Origin: a virus
Lineage: Duplodnaviria > Heunggongvirae > Uroviricota > Caudoviricetes
DNA length: 64,000 nucleotides
Virus record (IMG/VR): IMGVR_UViG_3300010348_000547
Coordinates: 566-64,565 of that record
Strand: one strand, 5' to 3'
The translations under genes were made by a program, and so were the position numbers. Positions 9,433-17,919 of this stretch are shown here, one piece after another. Position 1 is the first letter of the stretch. Each line of letters begins with the position of its first letter. Below the pieces are notes generated by a model. That model saw only the letters and a program-made list of their open reading frames with translations, was not told the DNA's origin and did no database searches.

Positions 9433-10752
9433 ATGAGTACACAAAACACAACTGTTGAAACAGCAGACATCGATGTAAACGAGCTCCTAAACATAGGAAG
9501 TTCAGTTATGTTGCCTGCTGGTGACCAATCAGCCGCTAAACCTAATATGTTTAGCCGTAAAGATGTAGATACATCGTTCCTTGACAATCCAAAATTTGGT
9601 ACTGAAAAAGATGACGACGATGATGATGCCGCAAAAGCTGCAAAAGCTGCTGCTGCAAATACAGCTACTGCGGCTACCGAGGCGGCTGCTGCTTCTGCTG
9701 CCCAAGCAAAAGCGGCTGCCGGAGGTGCCCAACCTGCTGGTGATGACGACATCGATAACATCATTAAAGATGGTGACAACGATGCCGCTACAAAAAACAC
9801 AGGTAGACCAAAAACTGATAAGAGTGGTCTAGTTGAATTAACCAAGAAGTTAATCGAGAAAAAGATGCTTGTGCCATTTGATGATGACAAAGCAATCGAA
9901 GATTACACTACTCAGGACTTCGAAGAGTTATTTGAAGCTAATGAGCAGGAGAAAACTCGTAAAACTTTTGGAGAGATTTCGGAGCAGTTCTTCCAATCAC
10001 TTCCTCCTGAATTTCAATACGCGCACCAGTACATCCAGAATGGCGGTCGCGACTTAAAAGGTCTTTTCAAGTCACTTGCTCAAGTAGAGGAAGTACGTCA
10101 AATGGATCCAACTAAAGATGCAGATGCAAAACAGATAGCTCGTAGCTATTTACAAGCAACTCACAGAGATTGGACTCCTGAAGAAATTGAGGAAGAAATC
10201 GTAGGCTACGAAGACCGTGGTGAATTAGAAGCAAAAGCTGCTAAGTACAAACCAAAATTAGATGCCCTTACTGAACAACAAGTAGCATACAAGTTGAAAC
10301 AGCAAGAAGCATTACGTCAGCAACAAGCTGAACAAGCTCAAGTGTACATGGATAACATCTATAAAACACTTGAGCCAGGTGAATTAAACGGATTAAAGTT
10401 AGACAGAAAGACTCAGAACTTACTGTTTGCCGGATTAGTTCAACCTAACTATCAGTCATCAAATGGAAATCAAACAAACTTACTTGGGCACTTATTGGAG
10501 AAATACCAATATATAGAACCTAATCATGGGTTGTTAGCTGAAGCTTTATGGTTATTAGCTGACCCAGATGGTTACAAGTCTAAAGTTCGTGAGAATGAAA
10601 AGAAAGGTGTGACACAGGATACCGTTCGTAAATTGAAACATGAGCAAGCAAACAAAAATGCTTCTTCTGTCCAAGATGACGACGATAACCAATCAGGTAA
10701 TAAGCCATACAAAATTCCACGTCCATCAGGGCAGAATTTTTTCAAGCGATAA
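9433..10752 (+). CDS. Capsid scaffolding-like protein
   Basis: Acidic, low-complexity N-terminus and helical C-terminus between portal and MCP. The start is moved to ATG 9433 (MSTQNTT) because 9382-9432 is promoter and leader sequence. Confidence 0.7.
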   Translation: MSTQNTTVETADIDVNELLNIGSSVMLPAGDQSAAKPNMFSRKDVDTSFLDNPKFGTEKDDDDDDAAKAAKAAAANTATAATEAAAASAAQAKAAAGGAQPAGDDDIDNIIKDGDNDAATKNTGRPKTDKSGLVELTKKLIEKKMLVPFDDDKAIEDYTTQDFEELFEANEQEKTRKTFGEISEQFFQSLPPEFQYAHQYIQNGGRDLKGLFKSLAQVEEVRQMDPTKDADAKQIARSYLQATHRDWTPEEIEEEIVGYEDRGELEAKAAKYKPKLDALTEQQVAYKLKQQEALRQQQAEQAQVYMDNIYKTLEPGELNGLKLDRKTQNLLFAGLVQPNYQSSNGNQTNLLGHLLEKYQYIEPNHGLLAEALWLLADPDGYKSKVRENEKKGVTQDTVRKLKHEQANKNASSVQDDDDNQSGNKPYKIPRPSGQNFFKR

Positions 10753-10795
10753 ACAACAATAAAAACAAGTATAAACCCTAAAAACAAAAACAGAA

Positions 10796-12421
10796 ATGAG
10801 CACTCCAGTTTTAAACAACGGTCTCTTCTTACGCGACACGAACTATCAAGGTAGTTCACATGTTGATTCATATCACATGATGAATATGTTGAAGGACGCT
10901 GAGCCTATGGATATGGGACCAGTAGACATTTGGGCAATGACCCAAAAAGTTGAAATGCCTCTTTACCAATTATCATCTTTTGGTGGTAAGAACGTAATCA
11001 TGGTAGACAATGCACGCGGTGAGTGGAAATGGCAAACTCCGGTTAGTCAAGACCTTCCATACATCCTTGAAGACATTGAGCCACAAAACCTTACTAAAGG
11101 TATTGACGGTACAACCTTCAAAATCAAAATCAACAAGCGTGAATTTGGTCACGGTGATATCATCACTTATGACAAATACAACGGTGTTGAGATGTACATC
11201 ACTGCTGATGATATCTTACCTTTAGGTGACGGTTTCATCTACACTGTACAGTTGACAAACAACGACAACTACAAGTTCTTAGACAACAAGTATTTGTCAC
11301 CACAAACAAAATTATTCCGTAAAGGTTCGGCTCGTGGAGAATACGGTGAGCGTTTCTCTGATATCCGTACTCAAGCTGGATTCCGCGAGTTCTATAACTT
11401 CGTAGGTGGTTCAGAAGCACATGTTCACTATTCTATCAGCTCTCGTGCTGACATGATGATCAAAGGTGGAATGAATGCTGACGGAACAGTTCCTGTAACT
11501 GAAATCTGGAAGAACTTTGACAAGTCGTTAGACCCGTCAATCACTTCTATCAACGACATCGCTTCTAAGATGGGTAAAGACTACTTGAAGCGTGCAGTAG
11601 GAAATGGTACTTTAACACGTACTTTCTTGACTACAATGGAAGCAGCTCACTTAACCAAAATCGCAACTGACATCGAGACTTACTTAATGTGGGGTCATGG
11701 AGGTCGCGTTAAACAAGATGGACCGGATGATATCCGTTTATCTGTTGGTTTATGGAAGCAGTTAGATAACTCTTTCAAACGCGTGTACAACAAATCTAAC
11801 TTCTCGTTAGAGTTGTTCCGTGGTGAGATCTACAACTTCTACGCTGGTCGTGTGGAGTTCCAAGGTCCAGACCCTAAACGTCAATTAATCGTACAAACCG
11901 GTATGGGTGGTATGAGATTAGTAAACGAGGCTATCAAGCGTGAAGCTGTTAACTCAGGTTTAGTAATCCAAGCTGCTGCTAATAACGGTATCGGAGCTAT
12001 CTCTGGTCAAGGTATGGACTTAAACTTCGGTTTTGCGTTCACATCTTACGTGATTCCGTTCTTAGCGAATGTGAAGTTCGTGTTAAACCCAGCGTTTGAC
12101 AACTTACACACAAACGACATCGAGAACCCAATCATTGATGGAAATCCGTTGTCTTCTTACAGCTTCATCATTTTCGATATCACTGATACAGGAAATGACA
12201 ACATTTATATGTTGAAGTTATCTTGGGATAACCAATTGAAGTGGTGGTACCAAAACGGTACGATGGACTACATGGGAAGAACTCAAGGGTTCAACTCTTC
12301 AGGTCAGTTCAACGGTTACCGTGTGTACATGACACAAACAATGCCGGCTATCTGGGTAAAAGACCCAACCAAGGTATTAAAAATTGTGATGAGAAACCCA
12401 ATCACAGGTGGATCATTCTAA
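10796..12421 (+). CDS. Major capsid protein (crAss-like, HK97 fold inferred)
   Basis: 541 aa in terL-portal-scaffold-MCP order. It has the strongest high-expression codon bias in the window (ttc, aac, atc, cgt) and is followed by a strong terminator. Confidence 0.88.
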   Translation: MSTPVLNNGLFLRDTNYQGSSHVDSYHMMNMLKDAEPMDMGPVDIWAMTQKVEMPLYQLSSFGGKNVIMVDNARGEWKWQTPVSQDLPYILEDIEPQNLTKGIDGTTFKIKINKREFGHGDIITYDKYNGVEMYITADDILPLGDGFIYTVQLTNNDNYKFLDNKYLSPQTKLFRKGSARGEYGERFSDIRTQAGFREFYNFVGGSEAHVHYSISSRADMMIKGGMNADGTVPVTEIWKNFDKSLDPSITSINDIASKMGKDYLKRAVGNGTLTRTFLTTMEAAHLTKIATDIETYLMWGHGGRVKQDGPDDIRLSVGLWKQLDNSFKRVYNKSNFSLELFRGEIYNFYAGRVEFQGPDPKRQLIVQTGMGGMRLVNEAIKREAVNSGLVIQAAANNGIGAISGQGMDLNFGFAFTSYVIPFLANVKFVLNPAFDNLHTNDIENPIIDGNPLSSYSFIIFDITDTGNDNIYMLKLSWDNQLKWWYQNGTMDYMGRTQGFNSSGQFNGYRVYMTQTMPAIWVKDPTKVLKIVMRNPITGGSF

Positions 12422-12424
12422 CCC

Positions 12425-12458
12425 AAAAAAGGGGGACTAATCCTCCCCCTTTTTTTTT
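12425..12458 (+). terminator. Rho-independent terminator after the MCP gene
   Basis: AAAAAA-GGGGGA-ctaatcc-TCCCCC-TTTTTTTTT. Confidence 0.9.
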
Positions 12459-12533
12459 CTTTACAAGGTGAAACAGACGAGGGATTCAGCGTCCCGGTAA
12501 AGAGCCAATATTAACATACAAAATAACAAAATC

Positions 12534-13112
12534 ATGATAACACTTTTTCAAAAACTAGTTGCTAACCGCAGAAGAATCTTCACATTTTTAGGTGCCTATA
12601 AAGGTGACAATGCTTTACTAACTGTAAATGACTACAACCATTTGATTGACCAATTAAATTACAATGCAGGTAGAAAAGTAGCGGTAAGTGTATTAAAACG
12701 TTTTACAGGTATTGAACCACCTCCTGGTGTGTATGCACGTTTGTTATCAACTGGTGGAGGATGTTTAGTAGAAACTAACTCTGAATGCCAAGCTGGTACA
12801 GAAAAAGCAAGAAACTATAAACCAGCAAAAGGGGCGAGTCTTGTTAGAAATGCTGCAGGTGTGTACCGTGTAGACTTGTTAGCTGATGGGTTTGGTGACT
12901 ACGCTCATGTGAGTGTAGAAATTTCATCATTATCTAGAGTAGGTTCTGTTAAACAAACACCTATCTACAGTGAATTAAATCCTAATTTAATCACAGGATA
13001 CGAGATTAAATGCTATGATGAAAAAGGTGAGTTAGATGACTTACCATTAATCAATGCATTAATGACTACAACTTATTACGCAAAGTTTCTTACCCCTGTA
13101 AATCAGATTTAA
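12534..13112 (+). CDS. Putative head fibre or decoration protein
   Basis: 192 aa right after MCP, with a short helical N-terminus and beta-rich C-terminus. Function is inferred from position only. Confidence 0.4.
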   Translation: MITLFQKLVANRRRIFTFLGAYKGDNALLTVNDYNHLIDQLNYNAGRKVAVSVLKRFTGIEPPPGVYARLLSTGGGCLVETNSECQAGTEKARNYKPAKGASLVRNAAGVYRVDLLADGFGDYAHVSVEISSLSRVGSVKQTPIYSELNPNLITGYEIKCYDEKGELDDLPLINALMTTTYYAKFLTPVNQI

Positions 13113-13117
13113 GAAAT

Positions 13118-13140
13118 GCAAAGATAAGTGTTATCTTTGC
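13118..13140. promoter_or_regulatory. Perfect 10-bp inverted repeat carrying a Bacteroidota -7 box on each strand
   Basis: GCAAAGATAA-gtg-TTATCTTTGC. TATCTTTG matches TAnnTTTG, and TTTA lies 20 nt upstream (13108-13111) at the -33 position. Confidence 0.65.
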
Positions 13141-13171
13141 TCTATATAAACCAACATAAACCAACAAAAAA

Positions 13172-14191
13172 ATGAGTGTAACAATTGTATCAACACCGTA
13201 CAGTGACAAGAAAAGCGGAACAATTTCCGTTAAGCCTTACGTAGATCCTGAAGTAGAAAACTTAGGATTGCAGAAGTATAACATGGCCCTTTATGATGGA
13301 GTATTCCATGAAGAGCCTTTAGCTTGTATCGAGCGTAATGGTATCTTGAGGTACGTAACCGGTTTGAACGAGTTTGCTCCTGAAATTAAATTAATCCAGG
13401 ATGAAGAAACTCGTAATGCCAAAATCAAGGACATCCGTGAAACGGTTGCCCAATTAGAAAGAGAGTTAGCTGCTAATGTAGTTGACCCTAAGGATGAAGA
13501 TTTTTGGAATAAGGTTAAATTGCTTAAGCATGATAACCACGAGTTCTGGAGTAAAATAACAATGCGTTGCGGTAACGACCCAATTCCATTGGACCCTGCA
13601 AAGGACCCATATGACTTGATTAAGTTACGCGCCATTGAGGCAGGTGGATTTTCTATGATTGCTCCAAGTTTTGAAGCAGCTCGTAGTAAATCTGTACCAC
13701 CAAAGTTCTTTTTAGATAAGTACATTGAAACTGTTTCAACTAAAACTGAGGTTACTAAAATTAAGAACAAGGCAGTTGCTGAGCTTGAGAAGATGTTCGA
13801 GAAGAACCAAAACAAGCTGTTCTATGTGGCTAAAGTTACGGATGCAAACAGTGTTCAGTACAAGAAATCTACACCGCAAGATGTTATCTATGCTAACATG
13901 GATAAATACATCTCAGGTGAAGGTATTGAACGTAATGTGAAACGTGCGGCTCAAGCGTTCCTTGACAACTCTAAGTTGGATATGGAAACCTTGAAAATCC
14001 GTGCTATGATTAAGGATGCTACATTCTACAAAATCATGGCCGCTAAACCGGATGGTTTCATTTACCATGTGGACACACAAGTTCAAATGGGACGTTCAGC
14101 CGCTGAGTGTTTAGAGTTCTTGAAGAATCCTTTGCATGAGAAAACTCTTGAGGATTTGACAAGAAAGATTGAAAAGTTCTGGAATCAATAA
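13172..14191 (+). CDS. Conserved crAss-like head-module protein (position of crAssphage gene 75)
   Basis: 339-aa helical protein downstream of MCP; assigned by synteny. Confidence 0.55.
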   Translation: MSVTIVSTPYSDKKSGTISVKPYVDPEVENLGLQKYNMALYDGVFHEEPLACIERNGILRYVTGLNEFAPEIKLIQDEETRNAKIKDIRETVAQLERELAANVVDPKDEDFWNKVKLLKHDNHEFWSKITMRCGNDPIPLDPAKDPYDLIKLRAIEAGGFSMIAPSFEAARSKSVPPKFFLDKYIETVSTKTEVTKIKNKAVAELEKMFEKNQNKLFYVAKVTDANSVQYKKSTPQDVIYANMDKYISGEGIERNVKRAAQAFLDNSKLDMETLKIRAMIKDATFYKIMAAKPDGFIYHVDTQVQMGRSAAECLEFLKNPLHEKTLEDLTRKIEKFWNQ

Positions 14192-14203
14192 AAAACAAAT
14201 ATC

Positions 14204-14368
14204 ATGGCCGGAGTAAAGAAAACAGCAAACAAGTTCCCAACAGTGGTGACAAATCCAACTCCTTACAAAGGAGGAATGAATGCATGTCCAACTGTAGTAA
14301 CTAACCCGACTAAGTACAACGGTGGCTTAAACAAAGCTGCTTGTGATGTACCGTCAAAAAAGAAGTAA
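14204..14368 (+). CDS. 54-aa basic peptide with an internal tandem repeat (not in the ORF track)
   Basis: MAGVKKTANKF-PTVVTNPTPYKGGMNAC-PTVVTNPTKYNGGLNKA-ACDVPSKKK, behind an A-rich leader. The repeat is conserved at protein level with synonymous DNA changes. Confidence 0.75.
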   Translation: MAGVKKTANKFPTVVTNPTPYKGGMNACPTVVTNPTKYNGGLNKAACDVPSKKK

Positions 14369-14372
14369 TTAA

Positions 14373-15074
14373 ATGCTTAATCAGACTATCCTCATAAAAG
14401 TTCGTCAGCGCCTAAACAAATTGGCGAGTAATGACTATGACAATATCATGCCTTGGCAGATCATTGAGGCTTTTAACAAGGGTCAATCTGATTGGTGCCG
14501 TAGAAACTTACATGGGTTAAACGTTAAGCAAGAAGGGGATGAACAGTCAACAAGTAGAATTGATGACCTTCAGCCCCTTCTGGATACGGTAACGTTAACT
14601 ATGAACGACCGCGGAACTTACTTTGAAAGCAATGGAATGCCTGATGACTATATGCGTTGGAAGAGAATCTCTATCCAAGCAAAGTCAGAATGCTGTCCAG
14701 CTAAGAAGATGGTAGTTTACTTAGCAGAACAAGGTAACAGAGACGAGTTACTTCGTGACAAAAACAAACAGCCTAACCTTGAATGGGGTGAAACGTTTGC
14801 TATGTTTGAAGATAACAAGATTCAGATTTTTACCAATGGTCTGTTTGCGGTTGTCTCTCCTGAATTAACTTACTACAGACAACCAACCAAGATTCAAATA
14901 GCTGGAGTAAAAGACCCTTACACAGGAATTATTCCAACAGTAGATGTACCTTGTATGTTCAAGGATGATTTAGTTGAGGTCTTGATTGATGAATGTGCTA
15001 AGATTATTGCCGGTGATATTGAGTCTCAGATTCAAATGCAAAGACAGGCTCAAACTGTAGAAAACAATAACTAA
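14373..15074 (+). CDS. Head-tail connector or ring protein (position of crAssphage gene 74)
   Basis: 233 aa with N-terminal helices (IKVRQRLNKLASNDYD..QIIEAFNKGQ), YYRQP and C-terminal VEVLIDECAKIIAGD, a ring/adaptor-like layout. Assigned partly by synteny. Confidence 0.6.
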   Translation: MLNQTILIKVRQRLNKLASNDYDNIMPWQIIEAFNKGQSDWCRRNLHGLNVKQEGDEQSTSRIDDLQPLLDTVTLTMNDRGTYFESNGMPDDYMRWKRISIQAKSECCPAKKMVVYLAEQGNRDELLRDKNKQPNLEWGETFAMFEDNKIQIFTNGLFAVVSPELTYYRQPTKIQIAGVKDPYTGIIPTVDVPCMFKDDLVEVLIDECAKIIAGDIESQIQMQRQAQTVENNN

Positions 15075-15079
15075 AGACA

Positions 15080-15607
15080 ATGGCTGAATTTTTAAAAAGA
15101 CCCGTTAAAAAAGGACACAATCCAATGATTGATGAACATTGCATCAGTCAGTTACAATATAGAATCCAACAGGAAGAACTTTCTTCTAGAATTTACCTGT
15201 CAATGTCTGTTTGGTTAAACAATGAAGGGTATATGGGTGCAGCTTCTCTTTGGAAGAAGTACTCAGAAGAAGAAATGCTTCACGCTGGTTGGGCTAGAGA
15301 ATACTTACTGGCCATGGGTGTCACCCCACAGGTACAAAGTTTAGACGCGCAGCCGAGCCGTTATACTGGATTGCCTGAGATTATCCGATTGTCGTTTGAC
15401 CACGAAATCACGGTAACCAAGCAGATCAAAGAAATGGCTGGCGCAGCCCTAAAATTAGGAGACCACATGCTTTATGAACTTTGCCTAAGATACCTGAAAG
15501 AACAAGTAGAAGAGCACGATAAAATGCAGACTTGGGTAGATAAGCTTGAAGCGTTTGGTGAAGACAAAATTGCTCTAAGAATGTTAGACCAAGAAATGGC
15601 TGGCTAA
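15080..15607 (+). CDS. ftnA: Non-heme ferritin
   Basis: All FtnA-type ferroxidase ligands align: E..7..Y (QQEELSSRIY), EEMLH, DHEIT and EQVEE. Confidence 0.9.
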   Translation: MAEFLKRPVKKGHNPMIDEHCISQLQYRIQQEELSSRIYLSMSVWLNNEGYMGAASLWKKYSEEEMLHAGWAREYLLAMGVTPQVQSLDAQPSRYTGLPEIIRLSFDHEITVTKQIKEMAGAALKLGDHMLYELCLRYLKEQVEEHDKMQTWVDKLEAFGEDKIALRMLDQEMAG

Positions 15608-15647
15608 ATTATTCTGAAAAAAATTTTGTAGTTTGACAAGAAATGTG

Positions 15648-15656
15648 TATATTAAA
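15648..15656 (+). promoter_or_regulatory. TATATTAAA promoter-like box upstream of the 459-aa gene
   Basis: The same 9-mer (TATATTAWA) occurs at 9386, 22919 and 26328, each in an intergenic gap before a structural gene. Confidence 0.45.
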
Positions 15657-15690
15657 TCATATGTTTATAAACCCCTAAAAAAGAAAAATC

Positions 15691-17070
15691 ATGGCTTACT
15701 TTAATCATGCGTTTAACAAGGTGTTTTTGGGAACACAGCTTTCGTCTGTGAACACCAATGCGAACTTAACGGACGGTTTCGTTAATACAGCAGGTATCCC
15801 AACTGTAGCACTTAGTCAAGTTGACTTAGCTGTTGCAAACAATAACTACGGACCAGGTTCGTACGGGTTCTTTGACCCAAACACTTGGAACTCAGTAGAC
15901 GTTACGTTCTTCAGCGGAGGAGCTAACAAATGTTGTCCATTAGTTCTTGCTGCAGGTTCTTTACTTGCTAAAGACAAATTAAACCAATATGTTGGTGGTT
16001 ACAAAGAGTCCAACAAATCAAAATTGATCAACCCTAAGTACATCCAAAAAGTGTACCGTGTTGACCCTTGTACGCCTCAACAATCAGTTACTTCCGTAGG
16101 AACAACTCCATCGTTGAATTCCCAAGGTGACGACCCTGCTAACTACCAAGGTGGTACTGTAAAAGCAAACTGTGCGTTTGACTTTTTATGTGGTGAGACA
16201 TACTATTTACGTATTGATGTAAAAGGTTCTCCAGCGTTACGTTTCTTAAACCACAACGCTTACCAAACACTTTCAGCTTACACTGGATGTTGTTCAGGTC
16301 CTACTCCAACAACTGTTGACCCTACAACTGTTTACATTGAGTGGGCAAAAGCATTAGTTATCAACAACTACTTAAAGGACTTAGTTGCTCCTGTAGTTTA
16401 CGATACAACAGGTACAGCTTGGTATGCACCAGGAACAACTGTAACATTAGACGGAACTAACACTCCTGTTACTTCTGCTCAATGGTGGGATGCTTATGTT
16501 CCGGTAGCTCCAGCTCCAGGACAAACTGCAGGTATGCGTTTATTCGGTGCGTACGTTGAGACTAAGTTCGGAAACTGTACGTTCCAAATCACTGACTTCT
16601 TCGAGAAGCAACCAGTGTTAATCTACGCTTCACTTGTTGACTACAACGGTGACCCTTGTACTTTCGAAGGTCTTTGTGTTTACAATGACTGCCGTGGTAT
16701 CCAAGGTATGGGCTTCGGTGAGCAAGTTGTGCGTGATTTAATCATGTCAGAATCTTACTTACAAAACTTCTTTGCAAGTAACGATTTCCGTATCCGTGAG
16801 ATTACTCAAGGTTACGACATCTTGAATGCTGTAAACCGTAACGCGTTATACACAAGATATTTCATCTTACATAGTGTACCTCGTTTCAACAACCCAACAG
16901 GTGTGTTCGATAACGACCGTTACATGTTAGAGATTATCTCTGCAGGTACAAACGCTGCACTTGAGACATTCTTATCTACTTGGTTAGATGCTTGTCCAAA
17001 CTGTGTTTCTTTAGAAACAGAGGAGTGTACAAACTGCGACATCGTTCCAGATGCACCTCCAATTCCTTAA
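15691..17070 (+). CDS. Abundant virion protein, likely auxiliary capsid protein (position of crAssphage gene 73)
   Basis: 459 aa with MCP-like high-expression codon bias. Its leader resembles the MCP leader, it has its own terminator, and the C-terminus is Cys-rich. Confidence 0.6.
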   Translation: MAYFNHAFNKVFLGTQLSSVNTNANLTDGFVNTAGIPTVALSQVDLAVANNNYGPGSYGFFDPNTWNSVDVTFFSGGANKCCPLVLAAGSLLAKDKLNQYVGGYKESNKSKLINPKYIQKVYRVDPCTPQQSVTSVGTTPSLNSQGDDPANYQGGTVKANCAFDFLCGETYYLRIDVKGSPALRFLNHNAYQTLSAYTGCCSGPTPTTVDPTTVYIEWAKALVINNYLKDLVAPVVYDTTGTAWYAPGTTVTLDGTNTPVTSAQWWDAYVPVAPAPGQTAGMRLFGAYVETKFGNCTFQITDFFEKQPVLIYASLVDYNGDPCTFEGLCVYNDCRGIQGMGFGEQVVRDLIMSESYLQNFFASNDFRIREITQGYDILNAVNRNALYTRYFILHSVPRFNNPTGVFDNDRYMLEIISAGTNAALETFLSTWLDACPNCVSLETEECTNCDIVPDAPPIP

Positions 17071-17093
17071 TCAGGAAACAGAGAATAAACACT

Positions 17094-17132
17094 AAAAGGA
17101 GAGTGAGAGTTAATCTCTCCTCTCCTTTTTTT
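17094..17132 (+). terminator. Rho-independent terminator
   Basis: AAAAGGAGAG(T)GAGAG-ttaat-CTCTCCTCTCCTTTT-TTT. Confidence 0.9.
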
Positions 17133-17155
17133 ATTAATATCAAACAGTAAAAAAG

Positions 17156-17707
17156 ATGGCACAGCACGTATTAAGTCTTGAAGTCCCAGATACATTAAAT
17201 ACCAAGATCCTGAGAGTTCAGGATACTTCAATTTATAATCCGCAAATAGCGGCTACCTGTCAATTATTGCAGGTGACTTTACCTGGATTCAACACTCCAG
17301 TACAGTTTACAGACCAACAAATCCAACCGGGTTTTTCTTTAAACCTTACTGCGTGTGACCTTCAGATTCAGAACGCAGGCTGTGGTACAACTTATACTGA
17401 CCTTCCGGACGGTATTTATATTATTAAGTACAGTGTAGCACCTAATGAAATTGTTTACGTTGAGTACAATCATTTAAGAGTTACTGCTGCGTTAAATAAA
17501 ATACAATCCGTATATTGTGGGCTGGATTTAGGAACATGTGATCCACCGGCAAAGAAGAAAGAAACGCTTGAGAAGATTCGTCTAATTCAGCAGTACATCA
17601 AGTCTGCCAAAGCTTTGGTTGAATATTGTCACCAGCCAAGCAAAGGAATGGACCAGTACAACTATGCGATGAAGCTATTGAGTAAATTAACATGTTCAAC
17701 CTGTTAG
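17156..17707 (+). CDS. Virion structural protein (tail hub or fibre-attachment candidate)
   Basis: 183 aa, beta-rich N-terminus (LPDGIYIIKYSVAPN) and helical C-terminus ending CSTC. It is the first gene of the fibre cluster. Confidence 0.5.
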   Translation: MAQHVLSLEVPDTLNTKILRVQDTSIYNPQIAATCQLLQVTLPGFNTPVQFTDQQIQPGFSLNLTACDLQIQNAGCGTTYTDLPDGIYIIKYSVAPNEIVYVEYNHLRVTAALNKIQSVYCGLDLGTCDPPAKKKETLEKIRLIQQYIKSAKALVEYCHQPSKGMDQYNYAMKLLSKLTCSTC

Positions 17708-17734
17708 TTATAAACCAATAAAACCAACAATATC

Positions 17735-17911
17735 ATGCATGCAAAATGTCCAAACTGTCACTCGAATCTAAGCTGCGTATGCCAAAAGCGTACTGCAAGT
17801 AATGGCGCACAATGTTGCACGTTATGCTTAGCTGGCTATGAAGCCGAATTAAAAAAGAAAACTAACGGAGGTCAAGCAACCAGCGTGTTGTACACTCCAC
17901 CTAAAAAATAG
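17735..17911 (+). CDS. 58-aa Cys-rich peptide (not in the ORF track)
   Basis: MHAKCPNCHSNLSCVCQKRTASNGAQCCTLCLAGYEAELKKK..., with an AAACCAACAA leader and 7 Cys in CxxC/CxC/CCxxC patterns. Confidence 0.7.
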   Translation: MHAKCPNCHSNLSCVCQKRTASNGAQCCTLCLAGYEAELKKKTNGGQATSVLYTPPKK

Positions 17912-17919
17912 AGATTAAA

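Noticed and set aside
12461-12506. Hammerhead, twister or HDV-like (theta) ribozyme
   Set aside because: Partial words are present (GAAAC, GAGGG, TAA), but the required order and pairings, such as CUGANGA or the P1/P2 arrangement, could not be built on either strand.
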